Below are positions 10,225 to 21,354 of a stretch of 64,000 nt of DNA, one piece after another. This DNA is from an uncultured delta proteobacterium (lineage in GTDB: Bacteria > Desulfobacterota > Binatia > UBA9968), in the NCBI GenBank assembly GCA_963804165.1, contig CAWDPO010000033.1:1-64000 (forward strand), in the 5' to 3' direction. The position numbers and the translations under genes were made by a program. Position 1 is the stretch's first letter. Each line of letters opens with the position of its first letter. The notes under the pieces are model-generated. The model was not told where the DNA came from. It made no database searches and was given only the letters and a program-made list of their open reading frames with translations.

Positions 10225-10689
10225 TCATTGAGGCCGGCTCATCATGATGTTGTCGATTGCCTGTGCGGCCGCCAGAAGAAATCTTTGATGTTTTTCACTG
10301 TCCATAACCACCGCATCTAGAAATGCGTCTACCGCGCCGCCGGTCTCCCAACCGGCTTGACTTTTCAAGGCGCGACAAACGGCAACGACTTTTTGTTCTT
10401 TCGTCTGGAGTCTTTTAATCCAGCAGAGCATGGCCGCTCTTTCCATCTCCATTCCATCCACGCTTCCTCGTCCTTTCTGTGCGGTTTGCTTAAGAGAGTT
10501 AAGAATGTTGATCAAGAGCGTGTGGTGGGCCTCCTCTTCAATGACGACCCAATCTAGGGGTAAACCAGCAGGAATACCGTCGAGCATCTCAGCTAGGGCG
10601 CGGTAGTCTTCTGCTATTTTACTTTCCGTATGTAAGAGCCTTTCAAGCCCCACAACCAAAAGCTCGCGTTCCTTCTTTGCATTCATCAT
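10225..10689 (-). CDS. Ferritin-like four-helix-bundle protein
   Basis: Duplicated E...(E/D)xxxH pattern: TESKI...EEEAH and KEQKV...DSEKH. Confidence 0.55.
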   Translation of the reverse strand: MMNAKKERELLVVGLERLLHTESKIAEDYRALAEMLDGIPAGLPLDWVVIEEEAHHTLLINILNSLKQTAQKGRGSVDGMEMERAAMLCWIKRLQTKEQKVVAVCRALKSQAGWETGGAVDAFLDAVVMDSEKHQRFLLAAAQAIDNIMMSRPQ

Positions 10690-10744
10690 TGTCTCCGCGC
10701 AGAGTGACAGCTTGCCCAGTGCCAATCATGGCTGCCGGTGCCTT

Positions 10745-11488
10745 TCACGAGATTTTCTTGTGCGTCTGCATAAACGGCACCTCAAATGGGTGATACATGC
10801 GAGATAGCAATCGAGTTGTCACATTACTCAGGAGGTGGTTTTGTGTTCTAATCGAATCAACCAAACTTTTGTCAGCAGGATCAAAAAACCTGTCTCCGGC
10901 AATGGCTATCCGCTGAAGCAAATTCTCATCACGAAATAACGCTGCTCTGAAGTTTCTTAAGCGCCACCACAAGAGATTGTTTTGAGGGGCTTGACTCGTC
11001 GGCAAGGGCAAAAGCATTTGCTCTTCGTAGCAAAACGACTCCACAACTTTGTCGAGAGAGTTGTCTAGAAGGGTCAGGAGAAGAGTGCCGGTGCGCGCAA
11101 AACCCGAGACCTTTGAGCTTGAAAGTAAACAATGCAATGAAGTCCGGCTCTTATGAACGGTAATGAGGTGCTCCCTGCTCAGAATAATCTTTATGTCCCG
11201 TTGGATGAAGAGATTTGTTCTGGACGGGTCCAAGAGAGAGGTCTGGATGAACAGATAATCGTTAAAATCTTCACAAGTAGGCTCCCGGTGGCGCGATAGA
11301 CAGGCTCTCTGCACGCGGGGATGTAATTTTAACCCGTTTGAGATGCGACATAGGAGACGCTCAGACGGAGAGAGAAGATCTAGCCAAAACGGTGGCGCAG
11401 GATAGGATTCAGGGCATCCGAGACTCTTCGCGGGATAATCTTCCACCGCTGCTCCATTCGTGCCAGTGATTAGAATGATCCTGCCCAT
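10745..11488 (-). CDS. CorA-like soluble domain lacking TM helices and GMN motif
   Basis: FWLDLLSP...LHP...HREPTCEDFNDYLFI...LITVH matches the CorA N-terminal pattern; ORF ends without a hydrophobic segment. Confidence 0.55.
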   Translation of the reverse strand: MGRIILITGTNGAAVEDYPAKSLGCPESYPAPPFWLDLLSPSERLLCRISNGLKLHPRVQRACLSRHREPTCEDFNDYLFIQTSLLDPSRTNLFIQRDIKIILSREHLITVHKSRTSLHCLLSSSKVSGFARTGTLLLTLLDNSLDKVVESFCYEEQMLLPLPTSQAPQNNLLWWRLRNFRAALFRDENLLQRIAIAGDRFFDPADKSLVDSIRTQNHLLSNVTTRLLSRMYHPFEVPFMQTHKKIS

Positions 11489-11507
11489 TTGGTGCACGTA
11501 TCTAGGT

Positions 11508-12386
11508 TTATTCGACAGCCCCAACATTTGGCCGCCACTTGTCAAACCGTTTTTCCACCCTGGTCAGCAACTCCACCAAAAACATCCCGCTCAGGGCAAA
11601 AATGGAAACACCGACAAAGACCTTATCGGTCTGGAAAGTGGCACCCGCAACCGTGATCATAAAACCAATCCCGGCGGTGGCGGCGTAAAGCTCGCCAACC
11701 ATGACTCCGACGATGCCCCGCCCGACTCCCAGCCGTAGACCCGTAAGGATGAAAGGCACAGTTGAAGGAAGGACGACAGTCTTAAAGACCATCCATTCTG
11801 AAGCACCGAAGCTTCGCGCAGCGTTAAGGAGGTTTTGAGGAGTGGTCTTCACGCCGTCCCGGGTGTTGATCAACATGGGAAACACCGCTCCGAGAAAGAT
11901 AATGCCGACCTTGGAGAGGATGCCGATCCCCAGCCAGATAATCACCAGGGGGAGAAGGGCGACGCGCGGCGTAGCGTTCATGGCATTGATAAACGGATCA
12001 AAGACAGCGCTCATCCTTTTGTACCAACCGGTCATGATGCCAAAAGGGATCGCGAAAAACACGGCAAGTAAATAGCCCCCCAAGAGTTCGATGCCGCTCA
12101 CCCTAAGATCATTCCAAATCTCTCCCGATACGAACATCTGGACGGCGGCTTTCCACACGAGCGAAGGCGCGCTCATAAACATGGGATTGATCAGCTGGAA
12201 GGTATTCCCCACCAGTTCCCAGGAGATCAGGAAAACTGCAACAGAAACGGTTCCGAGAATCTTCTTTTCTTGCTTCAGATAGAATTTACGAAGTCTGGAG
12301 GCCTCGGCTAGCTTCACATCTAATAGGGCATCTTCTTGACCTGTTACGTTCATGACTTGATCCTCCTTTGGAATTGTTCTGAACAT
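11508..12386 (-). CDS. ABC transporter permease (TauC/SsuC-like)
   Basis: TPRVALLPL, NAARSFGAS (EAA loop), VVLPSTVPFILTGLRL, GELYAATAGIG. Confidence 0.9.
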   Translation of the reverse strand: MFRTIPKEDQVMNVTGQEDALLDVKLAEASRLRKFYLKQEKKILGTVSVAVFLISWELVGNTFQLINPMFMSAPSLVWKAAVQMFVSGEIWNDLRVSGIELLGGYLLAVFFAIPFGIMTGWYKRMSAVFDPFINAMNATPRVALLPLVIIWLGIGILSKVGIIFLGAVFPMLINTRDGVKTTPQNLLNAARSFGASEWMVFKTVVLPSTVPFILTGLRLGVGRGIVGVMVGELYAATAGIGFMITVAGATFQTDKVFVGVSIFALSGMFLVELLTRVEKRFDKWRPNVGAVE

Positions 12387-12400
12387 TTAAGCAGAAGCGG

Positions 12401-13552
<1,152 letters not shown>

Positions 13553-13688
13553 TACAGACCCCTGTCTCCTTGAACATTGTTGATATGGAAGCTCGTGTTG
13601 TCGAAGTCACGGTTCTCATAATTTTTTTTCTTGAGCGGATATCCCAAATGTGGTCTTTCCGTTCTCGCGCAAAACTCGCGTCGCAGGT

Positions 13689-14447
13689 CTAGCTCGTAAA
13701 AAAGCGTGCGCGCCTGAACAGTATAGCCAATGGGTCGTAATACGCATCGACAACCCGCTCTTTAAGAGGGATGATCGCGTTGTCTGTGATATGAATGTCC
13801 TCAGGGCAAACCTCGGTGCAGCATTTCGTGATGTTGCAAAAACCCAATCCGGCCTTCTCCTTCAAGAGTTCGCTGCGATCGTTCGTGTCCAGGGGATGCA
13901 TTTCCAACGCTGCCAGACGGACGAAAAGGCGCGGGCCGGCAAAGTACTTTTTGTTGTCTCCGTGATCCCGGATCACGTGACACACGTTCTGGCACAAAAA
14001 GCACTCGATGCACTTGTGAAATTCCTGCCCCCGATCGATGTCCTCCTGATACATTCGCCGGGTGCCGTCGGACTCTCTGGCTTTGGCGTTGAATGCGGGG
14101 ATCGTTTTCGCTTTTTCGTAGTTAAATGAGACGTCGGTGACCAGATCCCGAATAATGGGAAAGGTTTTCATAGGCGCAACAGTAATCGGCTCGCCGGGTT
14201 TAAAAAGGTTCATGCGCGTCATGCACATAAGTCTGGGCTTGCCGTTGATCTCGGCGCTGCAAAAATCCGCATTTGCCGGCCTTACAGTTCCAGCGCACAG
14301 CCAGGTCATTCGCGGGTTCTCTGGATGGCATGAATGGCGTCAAGAACAACCATGCCTTCTGTGTTCCGCCGAACGCTATAGTCCTGAAATGCCCGCCCGT
14401 GCGGTGCGCCGCGCCAAACACGCATCGTCACTATCCGAGGTGGCCAA
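13689..14447 (-). pseudogene. sdhB: Succinate dehydrogenase/fumarate reductase Fe-S subunit, frameshifted 5' part
   Basis: LAVRWNCKAGKCG, CSAEINGKPRLMC, CIECFLCQNVC, CNITKCCTEVCP; start approximate. Confidence 0.8.
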
Positions 14448-14449
14448 TA

Positions 14450-16248
14450 ATGTTTGGTCCATCCATATATTTATCTTAAGCTCCTCGAGGATCTCCGGGA
14501 GGGGTTCCTGCGCGACGCTTCACTGTCCGTGCTTTTTCCTTCCACGAATATTCACTTTTCCGAATTTTGGATCAGTCTTGGGATAATCGTCGCGGGTGTG
14601 GCCGCCCCGGCTCTCTTTGCGTTCCATAGCGGCACGGGTGACGGCTTCCGAAACGGTAAGCATGGAATAAATTCCAGGCAGCATGCCACCCGGGTTGTAA
14701 CCGCGGTTGCCCCCACATGCCCTTCTGCAACCGCTGCTGAGCTTTGCGATCTAGTCGAGTGCCTTTTTAGTTCTCCTCGGTCCGTATGATCCCCACAAGA
14801 TTCTGCATGCATTCTTGCAAGTCGGCGATTGAATCGCAAAAGGATTCTCGCCACTCCATGGAAGTGAACGGAGCGAGCAGCTCCCGCTCTATGAAATCAA
14901 GCTGCCCAGTGTCGATCGGTTTCACGGCTACCTAAAGGTCTTTCGCATATTCGGCCGCATAAAGGCCGGCGCGCCTTCCGAAACAACAAGGTCGGAGAGC
15001 GAGTTGCCGCCCAGACGGTTGGCACCATGAAGCCCGGCTGCCACTTCGCCGGCAGCGAAGAGCCCGGGTATCGTCGCTGCAGTGGTGTCCGCGTCCACGC
15101 GTATACCACCCATGAAGTAGTGACAGTTGGCACCGACTTCCATTGGTTCCTTCGTGATATCCACGTCCGCCAGTTCTTTGAACTGGTGATACATAGAGGG
15201 TAGACGCCGCTTGATGTAGTCGGCGGGCCGTCTTGAGGCGATGTCAAGGTAGACTCCACCGTGAGGCGTTCCTCCTTCCGGCCTTAACCTCATCGTTGAT
15301 AGCACGGGCGACCTCGTCACGGGGTAGCAGATCCGGGGTCCGACGATTCTTCTTGTTTCATACCAAGCGTCCGCTTCCTGCTCTGTCTCGGCCGTTTCAG
15401 CCTTGAAGAATTCGGGAATATAATTAAACATGAAGCGCTTGCTTCTGGAGTTTTTCGTCAGTGTGCTCCGCCATCGCCCGGCACCCCTTCGGTCACTAAG
15501 ATTCCGCGCACACTTGGTGGCCAGACCATCCCGGTAGGATGAAACTGGACCATCTCCATATGATTAAGGTCAGCGCGGCATCCAGGCCAAGTGATGCCGT
15601 CGCCCGGTGTATTCCCATGAGTTGGACGTGATCTTCCAGGCCCTGCCCCCTCCACCCGTGGCCAGCACTACGGCCTTGCATTTAAACAGGACAAATTTCC
15701 CGCTCTCACGCCAATAGCCAAACGCGCCGCAGATTCGTTCGCCGTCCTTGAGCAGCCGTTCGATAGTGCACTCCATGTAAACATCGATGCCTTTGTGCAC
15801 TGCGTGCTGCTGGAGGGTTGGATCATTTCCAGGCCGGTGCGGTCGCCGACGTGTGCGAGCCGGGCGTAGCGATGACCCCCGAAATCCCGCTGGAGAATGA
15901 GTCCCTCCTTGGTCCGATCGAACAGAGCGCCCCACTCTTCAAGTTCGAGAACTCTTTCAGGAGCCTCCTGCGCATGGATCTGGGCCATACGCCAGTTGTT
16001 GAGCAACTTCCACCCCGCATGGTGTCGCGGAAATGAACTTTCCAGTTACTCCTGGGGTAAACGTTTTCAAAGCCGCCGCGATGCCACCTTCCGCCATCAC
16101 CGTATGGGCCTTGCCGAGGAGCGATTTGCAGACTAAAGCGGTCTTGACCCCCTGGGCTGACGCCTCGATCGCCGCGCGAAGTCCCGCCCCACCAAACCGA
16201 TGACAAAACATCGTATTCATAACTTTCGTATTTTTCTGGCGCTGCCAT
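14450..16248 (-). pseudogene. sdhA: Succinate dehydrogenase/fumarate reductase flavoprotein, many indels
   Basis: [52 protein letters not shown] and RKESRGGH fragments in shifting frames; 3' end approximate. Confidence 0.85.
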
Positions 16249-17009
16249 CAGAACAACCTCACGTCGTAAATCGCCCCCGTGGCAACCAGACGGACATAAA
16301 GATCCGTCAACGGCGACCCAAACAAGACTAATCCAGGCGTAGAGCATGTGGTGCTCGTTAAGCCAGGTCACGATTTCCAGCTCGGTACCGTAGCGGAGCC
16401 TTGGAAAATAAATTAAGTTTGCCGCCACAGAGATGCCGGCAGGAATAACACGAGAAACTATAAAGGGACAACAGAACGGCATTGATCAAAAGGACTAACG
16501 TCCCGATTCCCATGCCGAAGCCGTCAGAAAAATTGAAGGCCAGTACGGCGTCCCACCACAGAAAGAGCAGAATCAGCAAGGACAAACAAAAGAAGTATCG
16601 GTGGATGTTCTGCAGGATTAACGGGAATCCCGTTTCGCCTGTGTAGCTATTCGCAGCATCCCGAACCGCACAAGCGGGCGGCGATCGGAAAAACGATCGG
16701 TAGTAAGCTTTCCGGTAATAATAGCACGTTACGCGAAACCCCCCGGGTATCAAAGAATGACTAATGCGGGGGAAAGATTCCACCAAGATCCGATTATGGG
16801 TAAACTAACCTTCCGACAGTTGCGGAAATACATGGAGAGTAGAAAGGGGACAAATAGGGCTCAACGTAGTAGTGTGCATTCTGAAACGCAGCCCAGGTGG
16901 CATAAACGATAAAGCTCCCCAAGCCCAGAACCACCAGCATGGGCTCGACCCACCACCGGTCACGTCTTAGTGTTTTTGCCTCCGCACGAGTTAAACTGTT
17001 TGGTGTCAC
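16248..17009 (-). pseudogene. Sdh1-type (Rv0249c-like) membrane anchor, frameshifted
   Basis: TLRRDRWW, YLSPFYSP, FRVTCYYYRKAYYRSF, SPPACAV, YTGETGFPLILQNIHRYF, HMLYAWISL. Confidence 0.75.
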
Positions 17010-17112
17010 AACTTAGTCCCTGAACATGACATGACGCTCTTTCCCTCAAATTTTTCCTAACGAACAAACCTTTCAGTCGAGGTATCGGCGCGCAGCCATC
17101 CGCACAGCTCCT

Positions 17113-17472
17113 TTAGACACCCGCAGCCCCTTTAGACTTCAGGTATTTTGTTAGCTCTGTTTTCAAGCCCTTTGCCTCGGAGAAATCGGCTCCGACCACA
17201 ACCGCGCCACGAAAAAGGGTGCCGACCAGATTTGCATTTTTAAAGCTTGCATTGATCAGCATTGTGTCGCTTAAATCGGCATTTGTTAGATCGCTTGCCG
17301 AAAGTTTTGCATAACTCAAACGGCATCCCTTAAGATTGGCTCCTCTAAGGTCCAGGTTCGAGAGATCCATGCTGGAGAGATAGAGATTTCTGAGGTCGGC
17401 GCCGGCCAGACTTTCGTGCTTTTCAATTTTCTGCAAAATACGTCTTAGATGTCCGTTCTTCTCACCCGCCAT
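17113..17472 (-). CDS. Pentapeptide repeat protein
   Basis: A(D/N)Lxx repeats: ADLRN, LDLRG, ANLKG, SDLTN, ADLSD, ANLVG, ADFSE. Confidence 0.85.
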   Translation of the reverse strand: MAGEKNGHLRRILQKIEKHESLAGADLRNLYLSSMDLSNLDLRGANLKGCRLSYAKLSASDLTNADLSDTMLINASFKNANLVGTLFRGAVVVGADFSEAKGLKTELTKYLKSKGAAGV

Positions 17473-17492
17473 CGGTTTGTCCTCCCAAATTT

Positions 17493-18071
17493 CTATGTAG
17501 TTGGTGCAGTCTTGACGACAAAGTGAGCGCGCCGATTCCTTGCCCAGCAAGCTTCATTCTGCTCCTTGCACAGAGGAAGCTCTTCGCCGTAACTTATGGT
17601 CGAAAGACGGTCCGGTGAGATTCCTAGATCAATGAGGTACCGTTTCACGCTCTCTGTTCTCTTGGCCCCCAATGCGAGGTTGTACTCGTTGGTTCCACGC
17701 TCGTCACAATGGCCTTCAACCTGGACCTTGGTTAAAGAATTCGACTTCAGCCATGCGGCGTGACCTTTCAGGATATCCCTCGCTCCCGTGCTAAGGTCAT
17801 AACGATCGAAATCAAAATTGATGTCAGCAAGAGGACCCTGTTCAGCGCCTTTGCCCAGAGTTCCCTTTTGAAGAGCCTCGAGACTTGAATCCTGGGTTTT
17901 GGCGGGTGTCGCCTTGGGTGGCACCTGTTTAGCCGCTAAATTCTGCGGCGCAGTTGTCTCTTGGGGCTTAGAGGCGGTCTGTTGGGAACAACTAATAACG
18001 ACAGACAGTCCTATCAAAAAAACAATCTTACGAATTAAATTATATGTCACCTTGGCGACCACGGCATTCAT
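17493..18071 (-). CDS. pal: Peptidoglycan-associated lipoprotein (OmpA-like domain)
   Basis: Lipobox VISC; NFDFDRY, VEGHCDERGTNEYNLALG, ISYGEE, NRRA. Confidence 0.9.
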   Translation of the reverse strand: MNAVVAKVTYNLIRKIVFLIGLSVVISCSQQTASKPQETTAPQNLAAKQVPPKATPAKTQDSSLEALQKGTLGKGAEQGPLADINFDFDRYDLSTGARDILKGHAAWLKSNSLTKVQVEGHCDERGTNEYNLALGAKRTESVKRYLIDLGISPDRLSTISYGEELPLCKEQNEACWARNRRAHFVVKTAPTT

Positions 18072-18191
18072 GATCTGCTTCTCCTTGCGTTCTCAGAATT
18101 CCTTTTCAAATCTGAACCCACCAACTACTTGGAGAACCATAGTGGGGAGGGCCCCTCCCCACTATTTGCCTCCCAGGGAAATAGTGGGAAC

Positions 18192-18464
18192 CTAAGATGG
18201 TTTCGTGCTCGCATCTTTTTTATCCGGTTTTTTGGTTCCCTCAGTGGCCGGTGAGTTTCCGGGGCTCACATCGCTGCCCGTCGGCCCTGTCACGACAGCA
18301 CCTCCCCCTGTAGATGCATTACCCGCGGGCGCGGGCGTGGCCGCCGGCGCGGGGGTTGCGGCCGGAACCGGTTCCTCTTTTTTCTGACATCCAGCAAAGG
18401 CAAGTGTAAAAGCCGCAACGCCAGGTGCTAGCCAAATCACGTATCGCTTGTCCATCCGTATCAC
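18192..18464 (-). CDS. Small disordered lipoprotein with PAATPA repeats
   Basis: Lipobox FAGC, low-complexity Pro/Ala/Gly tail, AGGAAGG SD. Confidence 0.65.
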   Translation of the reverse strand: MIRMDKRYVIWLAPGVAAFTLAFAGCQKKEEPVPAATPAPAATPAPAGNASTGGGAVVTGPTGSDVSPGNSPATEGTKKPDKKDASTKPS

Positions 18465-18491
18465 TTCCCTTCCTTCCTCTCATTCAAGTAA

Positions 18492-18662
18492 TCAAGAAAA
18501 ACTGCAGATTCGCTGCAAGAATTGTTTTCGCGTGTCTGTATCCAATTTACCCAGGAGACCTATGATCTCTTCCGTCGCCTCATCAACTGTTAGGAAAGAC
18601 AGGATCTCGCCGGACGCAATAAGATCGGCAAACTTTAAAGCTCTATCTAATGTCTCTTCCAT
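18492..18662 (-). CDS. Small hypothetical protein (56 aa, below the ORF-track cutoff)
   Basis: Own translation MEETLDRALKFADLIASGEILSFLTVDEATEEIIGLLGKLDTDTRKQFLQRICSFS; AAGGT SD; fits the co-oriented gene row. Confidence 0.55.
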   Translation of the reverse strand: MEETLDRALKFADLIASGEILSFLTVDEATEEIIGLLGKLDTDTRKQFLQRICSFS

Positions 18663-18700
18663 CTCTAGGCACCTTTACCTTTCCCTCGAGGGCCCCGGAC

Positions 18701-18892
18701 CTATGATTTCAATCTCAAAGGGAATGCGTAATTGGTAACACCGTTATCCCATTGCACACTGATCAGGTGACGCCCAAAATTCTCGATCGCATATTGAATC
18801 GTGCCTTCAGTAAGCTTCGTGATTTCGCCGTGGTGATATCTAATCTCTTTTGTGGCACGACATCTCATGCCCGTTACGCTCGTATCGATCAC
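18701..18892 (-). CDS. Small beta-rich hypothetical protein (SH3-like / DUF4314-like pattern)
   Basis: EGTIQY...LISVQWDNG pattern; C-terminus may be frameshifted. Confidence 0.45.
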   Translation of the reverse strand: MIDTSVTGMRCRATKEIRYHHGEITKLTEGTIQYAIENFGRHLISVQWDNGVTNYAFPLRLKS

Positions 18893-19032
18893 TGCAAGCC
18901 CTTGCGGAGATTAAGAGTCCCATCGTGGCGAGCTTTTGGCGGCTGTCTAAGGGTCGCCCAAACCGTAAATTTTGCTGCAAAAGTTTGCCACTGCCATCGC
19001 CATAACTACGGATCGCCGCTGACAGATCGAGA

Positions 19033-19425
19033 TCAGTTTAATCCATGGTTGGTCATCAGGTCGTCGACGATTTTTCTGATTTTTGCTCCTTCTAGGGGTA
19101 GTGAAAGAAATGATGTGGCCCCTTCTTCGAGGGCTCTCATGACCGTCTCGTGTCCTGGAACCGAGGTCGCAACCACAATCGGAATCCCCCGTGCCACCGC
19201 GCGGCATTCCTGCAATGTTGCAATGTCATTTCTGCTTGGGTGGCGGAGGTGGACAATGATCAAATGAGGTTGGAATGCATAAACCAACGGCCAAGCTTTT
19301 TGGGGCGATTCGCTAGCAATGGCTTCGTATCCTTCGTTCTGAAGGATGGTGAAAAGCTGAAGATCCGGGTTCTCGCCAATCAACAAAATTTTTGTCCTGG
19401 CTTCCTTTCCTTTTTCCTTTGTCAT
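19033..19425 (-). CDS. Atypical single-domain receiver 1 (Asp->His)
   Basis: KILLIGE...EGYE...PHLIIVHLRHP...PIVVAT...ALEEGATSFLSLP, CheY topology; AGAGGAG SD. Confidence 0.85.
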   Translation of the reverse strand: MTKEKGKEARTKILLIGENPDLQLFTILQNEGYEAIASESPQKAWPLVYAFQPHLIIVHLRHPSRNDIATLQECRAVARGIPIVVATSVPGHETVMRALEEGATSFLSLPLEGAKIRKIVDDLMTNHGLN

Positions 19426-19490
19426 GCGTTGTTCTCCTCTAGGCCTTTTTTCGGTTGAGGACATCCCATTCAACGATGACAACGCACGCT

Positions 19491-19883
19491 CTAAAACTGT
19501 CTCTCCCATGCGGATTCCAAGCCGTCGAGTATGTCTCGCGCGCTACTTCTTTTTAGCGGCAGAGACAGAAAACGAGGGGCAAACCGCCCCAGTTTTCTCG
19601 CAAAATCTTCGATTCCTGGCGCTTCTGTGGCAATCATAACGGGCACTCCGTCGGCTAGCGCAAAGCATTCCTGTAACGCATAACGGTCGTTATCTCTTAA
19701 ATGCGGGAGATGAAGGATTATAAGATCAGGCCGGATCGGATAAACAAAACCCCAGGCCATTTGAGGCGACTCACAGAGAGTGATATCATAACCCTCCTGC
19801 TCAAGAACTGCACGAAGTGAACTCTCCGATTCTCCATCGATCAGTAAAATTTTTTCTCTGTTCTCGATAAATTTTGGTGGCAT
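19491..19883 (-). CDS. Atypical single-domain receiver 2 (Asp->His)
   Basis: KILLIDG...EGYD...PDLIILHLPH...PVMIAT...FLSLP; AGGAGG SD. Confidence 0.82.
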   Translation of the reverse strand: MPPKFIENREKILLIDGESESSLRAVLEQEGYDITLCESPQMAWGFVYPIRPDLIILHLPHLRDNDRYALQECFALADGVPVMIATEAPGIEDFARKLGRFAPRFLSLPLKRSSARDILDGLESAWERQF

Positions 19884-19915
19884 GTTTAGCTCGCCTCCTG
19901 CACGCGCCATCTCGA

Positions 19916-20347
19916 TCAAACTTGCAAGAAGCCGCATTGGAAAAAAGACAAAATTCTCCGTATCCCGTACGGTCCTAATGGAAACGCGAGACAAACCGGT
20001 GCCACCTTTTTTAGCGCCTTGATAATGCCCTCGTTTCCGGAAATTGGGGCTGCAACGATAAAAGGAACTCCGCCTGCCAAGACAGCGCACCCCTGTAGTG
20101 AGGAAATATCAGCTCGACTTGGGTTGGTGAGATGGATAATGATGAAGTGAGGTCGTAACGTCCAAACCAGACTGAATGCCCTTTGGGGAGACTCAACTGC
20201 TGTGACTTCATGGCCCTCCTGCTGGAGTGAAAGAAGCAGCGACATCTCTGGTTGATCATCGATGAGTAGGATCTTCTTTTGCGCTGGCGCCTGTTTGAGA
20301 AACACTTCGCAATAATCACCACTCATCGACAAAGCGGCGGTAGTCAT
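19916..20347 (-). CDS. Atypical single-domain receiver 3 (Asp->His)
   Basis: KILLIDD...EGHE...PHFIIIHLTNP...PFIVAA...CLAFP; AGGAG SD. Confidence 0.82.
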   Translation of the reverse strand: MTTAALSMSGDYCEVFLKQAPAQKKILLIDDQPEMSLLLSLQQEGHEVTAVESPQRAFSLVWTLRPHFIIIHLTNPSRADISSLQGCAVLAGGVPFIVAAPISGNEGIIKALKKVAPVCLAFPLGPYGIRRILSFFQCGFLQV

Positions 20348-20435
20348 TAACGGCTCCTAAAGAGAATCTCCTGGATAGTTTCTTTTTTTCCTCGTTCCAA
20401 AAATCGCGCGGCCAAGTACGCTAAGCATCCTTGAT

Positions 20436-20852
20436 CTAAGCAGTTCCCAGATTCTTTTCCCCAGCCGAAGGAAATTGCCCTTCATCCTCTGCTGGTCCCA
20501 ACCTCCGCAAGACTTTTCTAATAATTTGTCGGTTCACCGGAAGAACGACAAAAGAGTCCGCATTCTCTTTCACGGCCTTAACGAGAAGCGTCTTCGCCAG
20601 AATGGAAATAGCGGCGACGACAGGGACCCTTCCCGCCATGGCGAGGCACTCTTCCAATATGGCTATGTCTTTGGGGTAGCGGAGGTGAACAAAGATGAAG
20701 TGCGGCTTGTATAAAGGATACACATCATGAGCCCTCAGCGGGGTTTCAAGGGCGGCAACTTCGTATCCTTCTTCTCCCAGGATGAAAAATAGCTCAATGT
20801 CTGGCTTCTCACCAATCAACAAAACTCTTTTCTTTTCCTCTGGCATTTTCAT
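20436..20852 (-). CDS. Atypical single-domain receiver 4 (Asp->His)
   Basis: RVLLIGE...EGYE...PHFIFVHLRYP...PVVAA...ADSFVVLP. Confidence 0.82.
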   Translation of the reverse strand: MKMPEEKKRVLLIGEKPDIELFFILGEEGYEVAALETPLRAHDVYPLYKPHFIFVHLRYPKDIAILEECLAMAGRVPVVAAISILAKTLLVKAVKENADSFVVLPVNRQIIRKVLRRLGPAEDEGQFPSAGEKNLGTA

Positions 20853-20978
20853 TCTCTTCGCTTTCTCCTTTGGCCTCCGCGTTCCGCGGCGTTCTCTCGG
20901 TTAGTCGGGTGAGTGAGCAGTCGTTCCATAGGCCAGAAAACCTTCCCTTTTTCCCTCGCACCACCAGAGTTGTTGAAG

Positions 20979-21332
20979 TCATGCTCGGTTGCGCTGCTCG
21001 TCCTTATCAAGGATATCGATTTGCTGGAGCATCGACATGGCCTCCTCGACATGCGCTTGGAAATAGCGCCGCATGATATCGAGCACCTCGATCAGCAGCG
21101 GGTCGCGCACGGAGTAAAAAACCTGATTGCCTTCCTTGCGGCTGCTGACGATCTGTTTTGCCCGCAAGATCGCGAAATGTTGTGAGGCGTTTGCTTGTTC
21201 GATTCCTAATCGCTCGATAATGGCACCGGCGGAAAGTTCGCCGTCCCGTAAAACCTCGACGATGGCAATACGAGTAGGGTGAGCGAGAGCTTGAAAGATG
21301 TTGGCCTTAAATTGCCGAAGCGCATCGGGCAT
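20979..21332 (-). CDS. ArsR/SmtB family regulator, Rv0081-like, no Cys
   Basis: FKANIFQALAHPTRIAIVEVL...ASQHFAILR...RKEGNQVFYSVRDP; AGGAGG SD. Confidence 0.9.
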   Translation of the reverse strand: MPDALRQFKANIFQALAHPTRIAIVEVLRDGELSAGAIIERLGIEQANASQHFAILRAKQIVSSRKEGNQVFYSVRDPLLIEVLDIMRRYFQAHVEEAMSMLQQIDILDKDEQRNRA

Positions 21333-21354
21333 AGGGCAAACCTCCTAATGCTTG

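Noticed and set aside
19033-20852. His/Cys heme-ligand pair in the receivers
   Set aside because: By alignment the shared Cys maps to a normally buried alpha3 position (about CheY I72), not next to the D57 site; kept only as a family marker.
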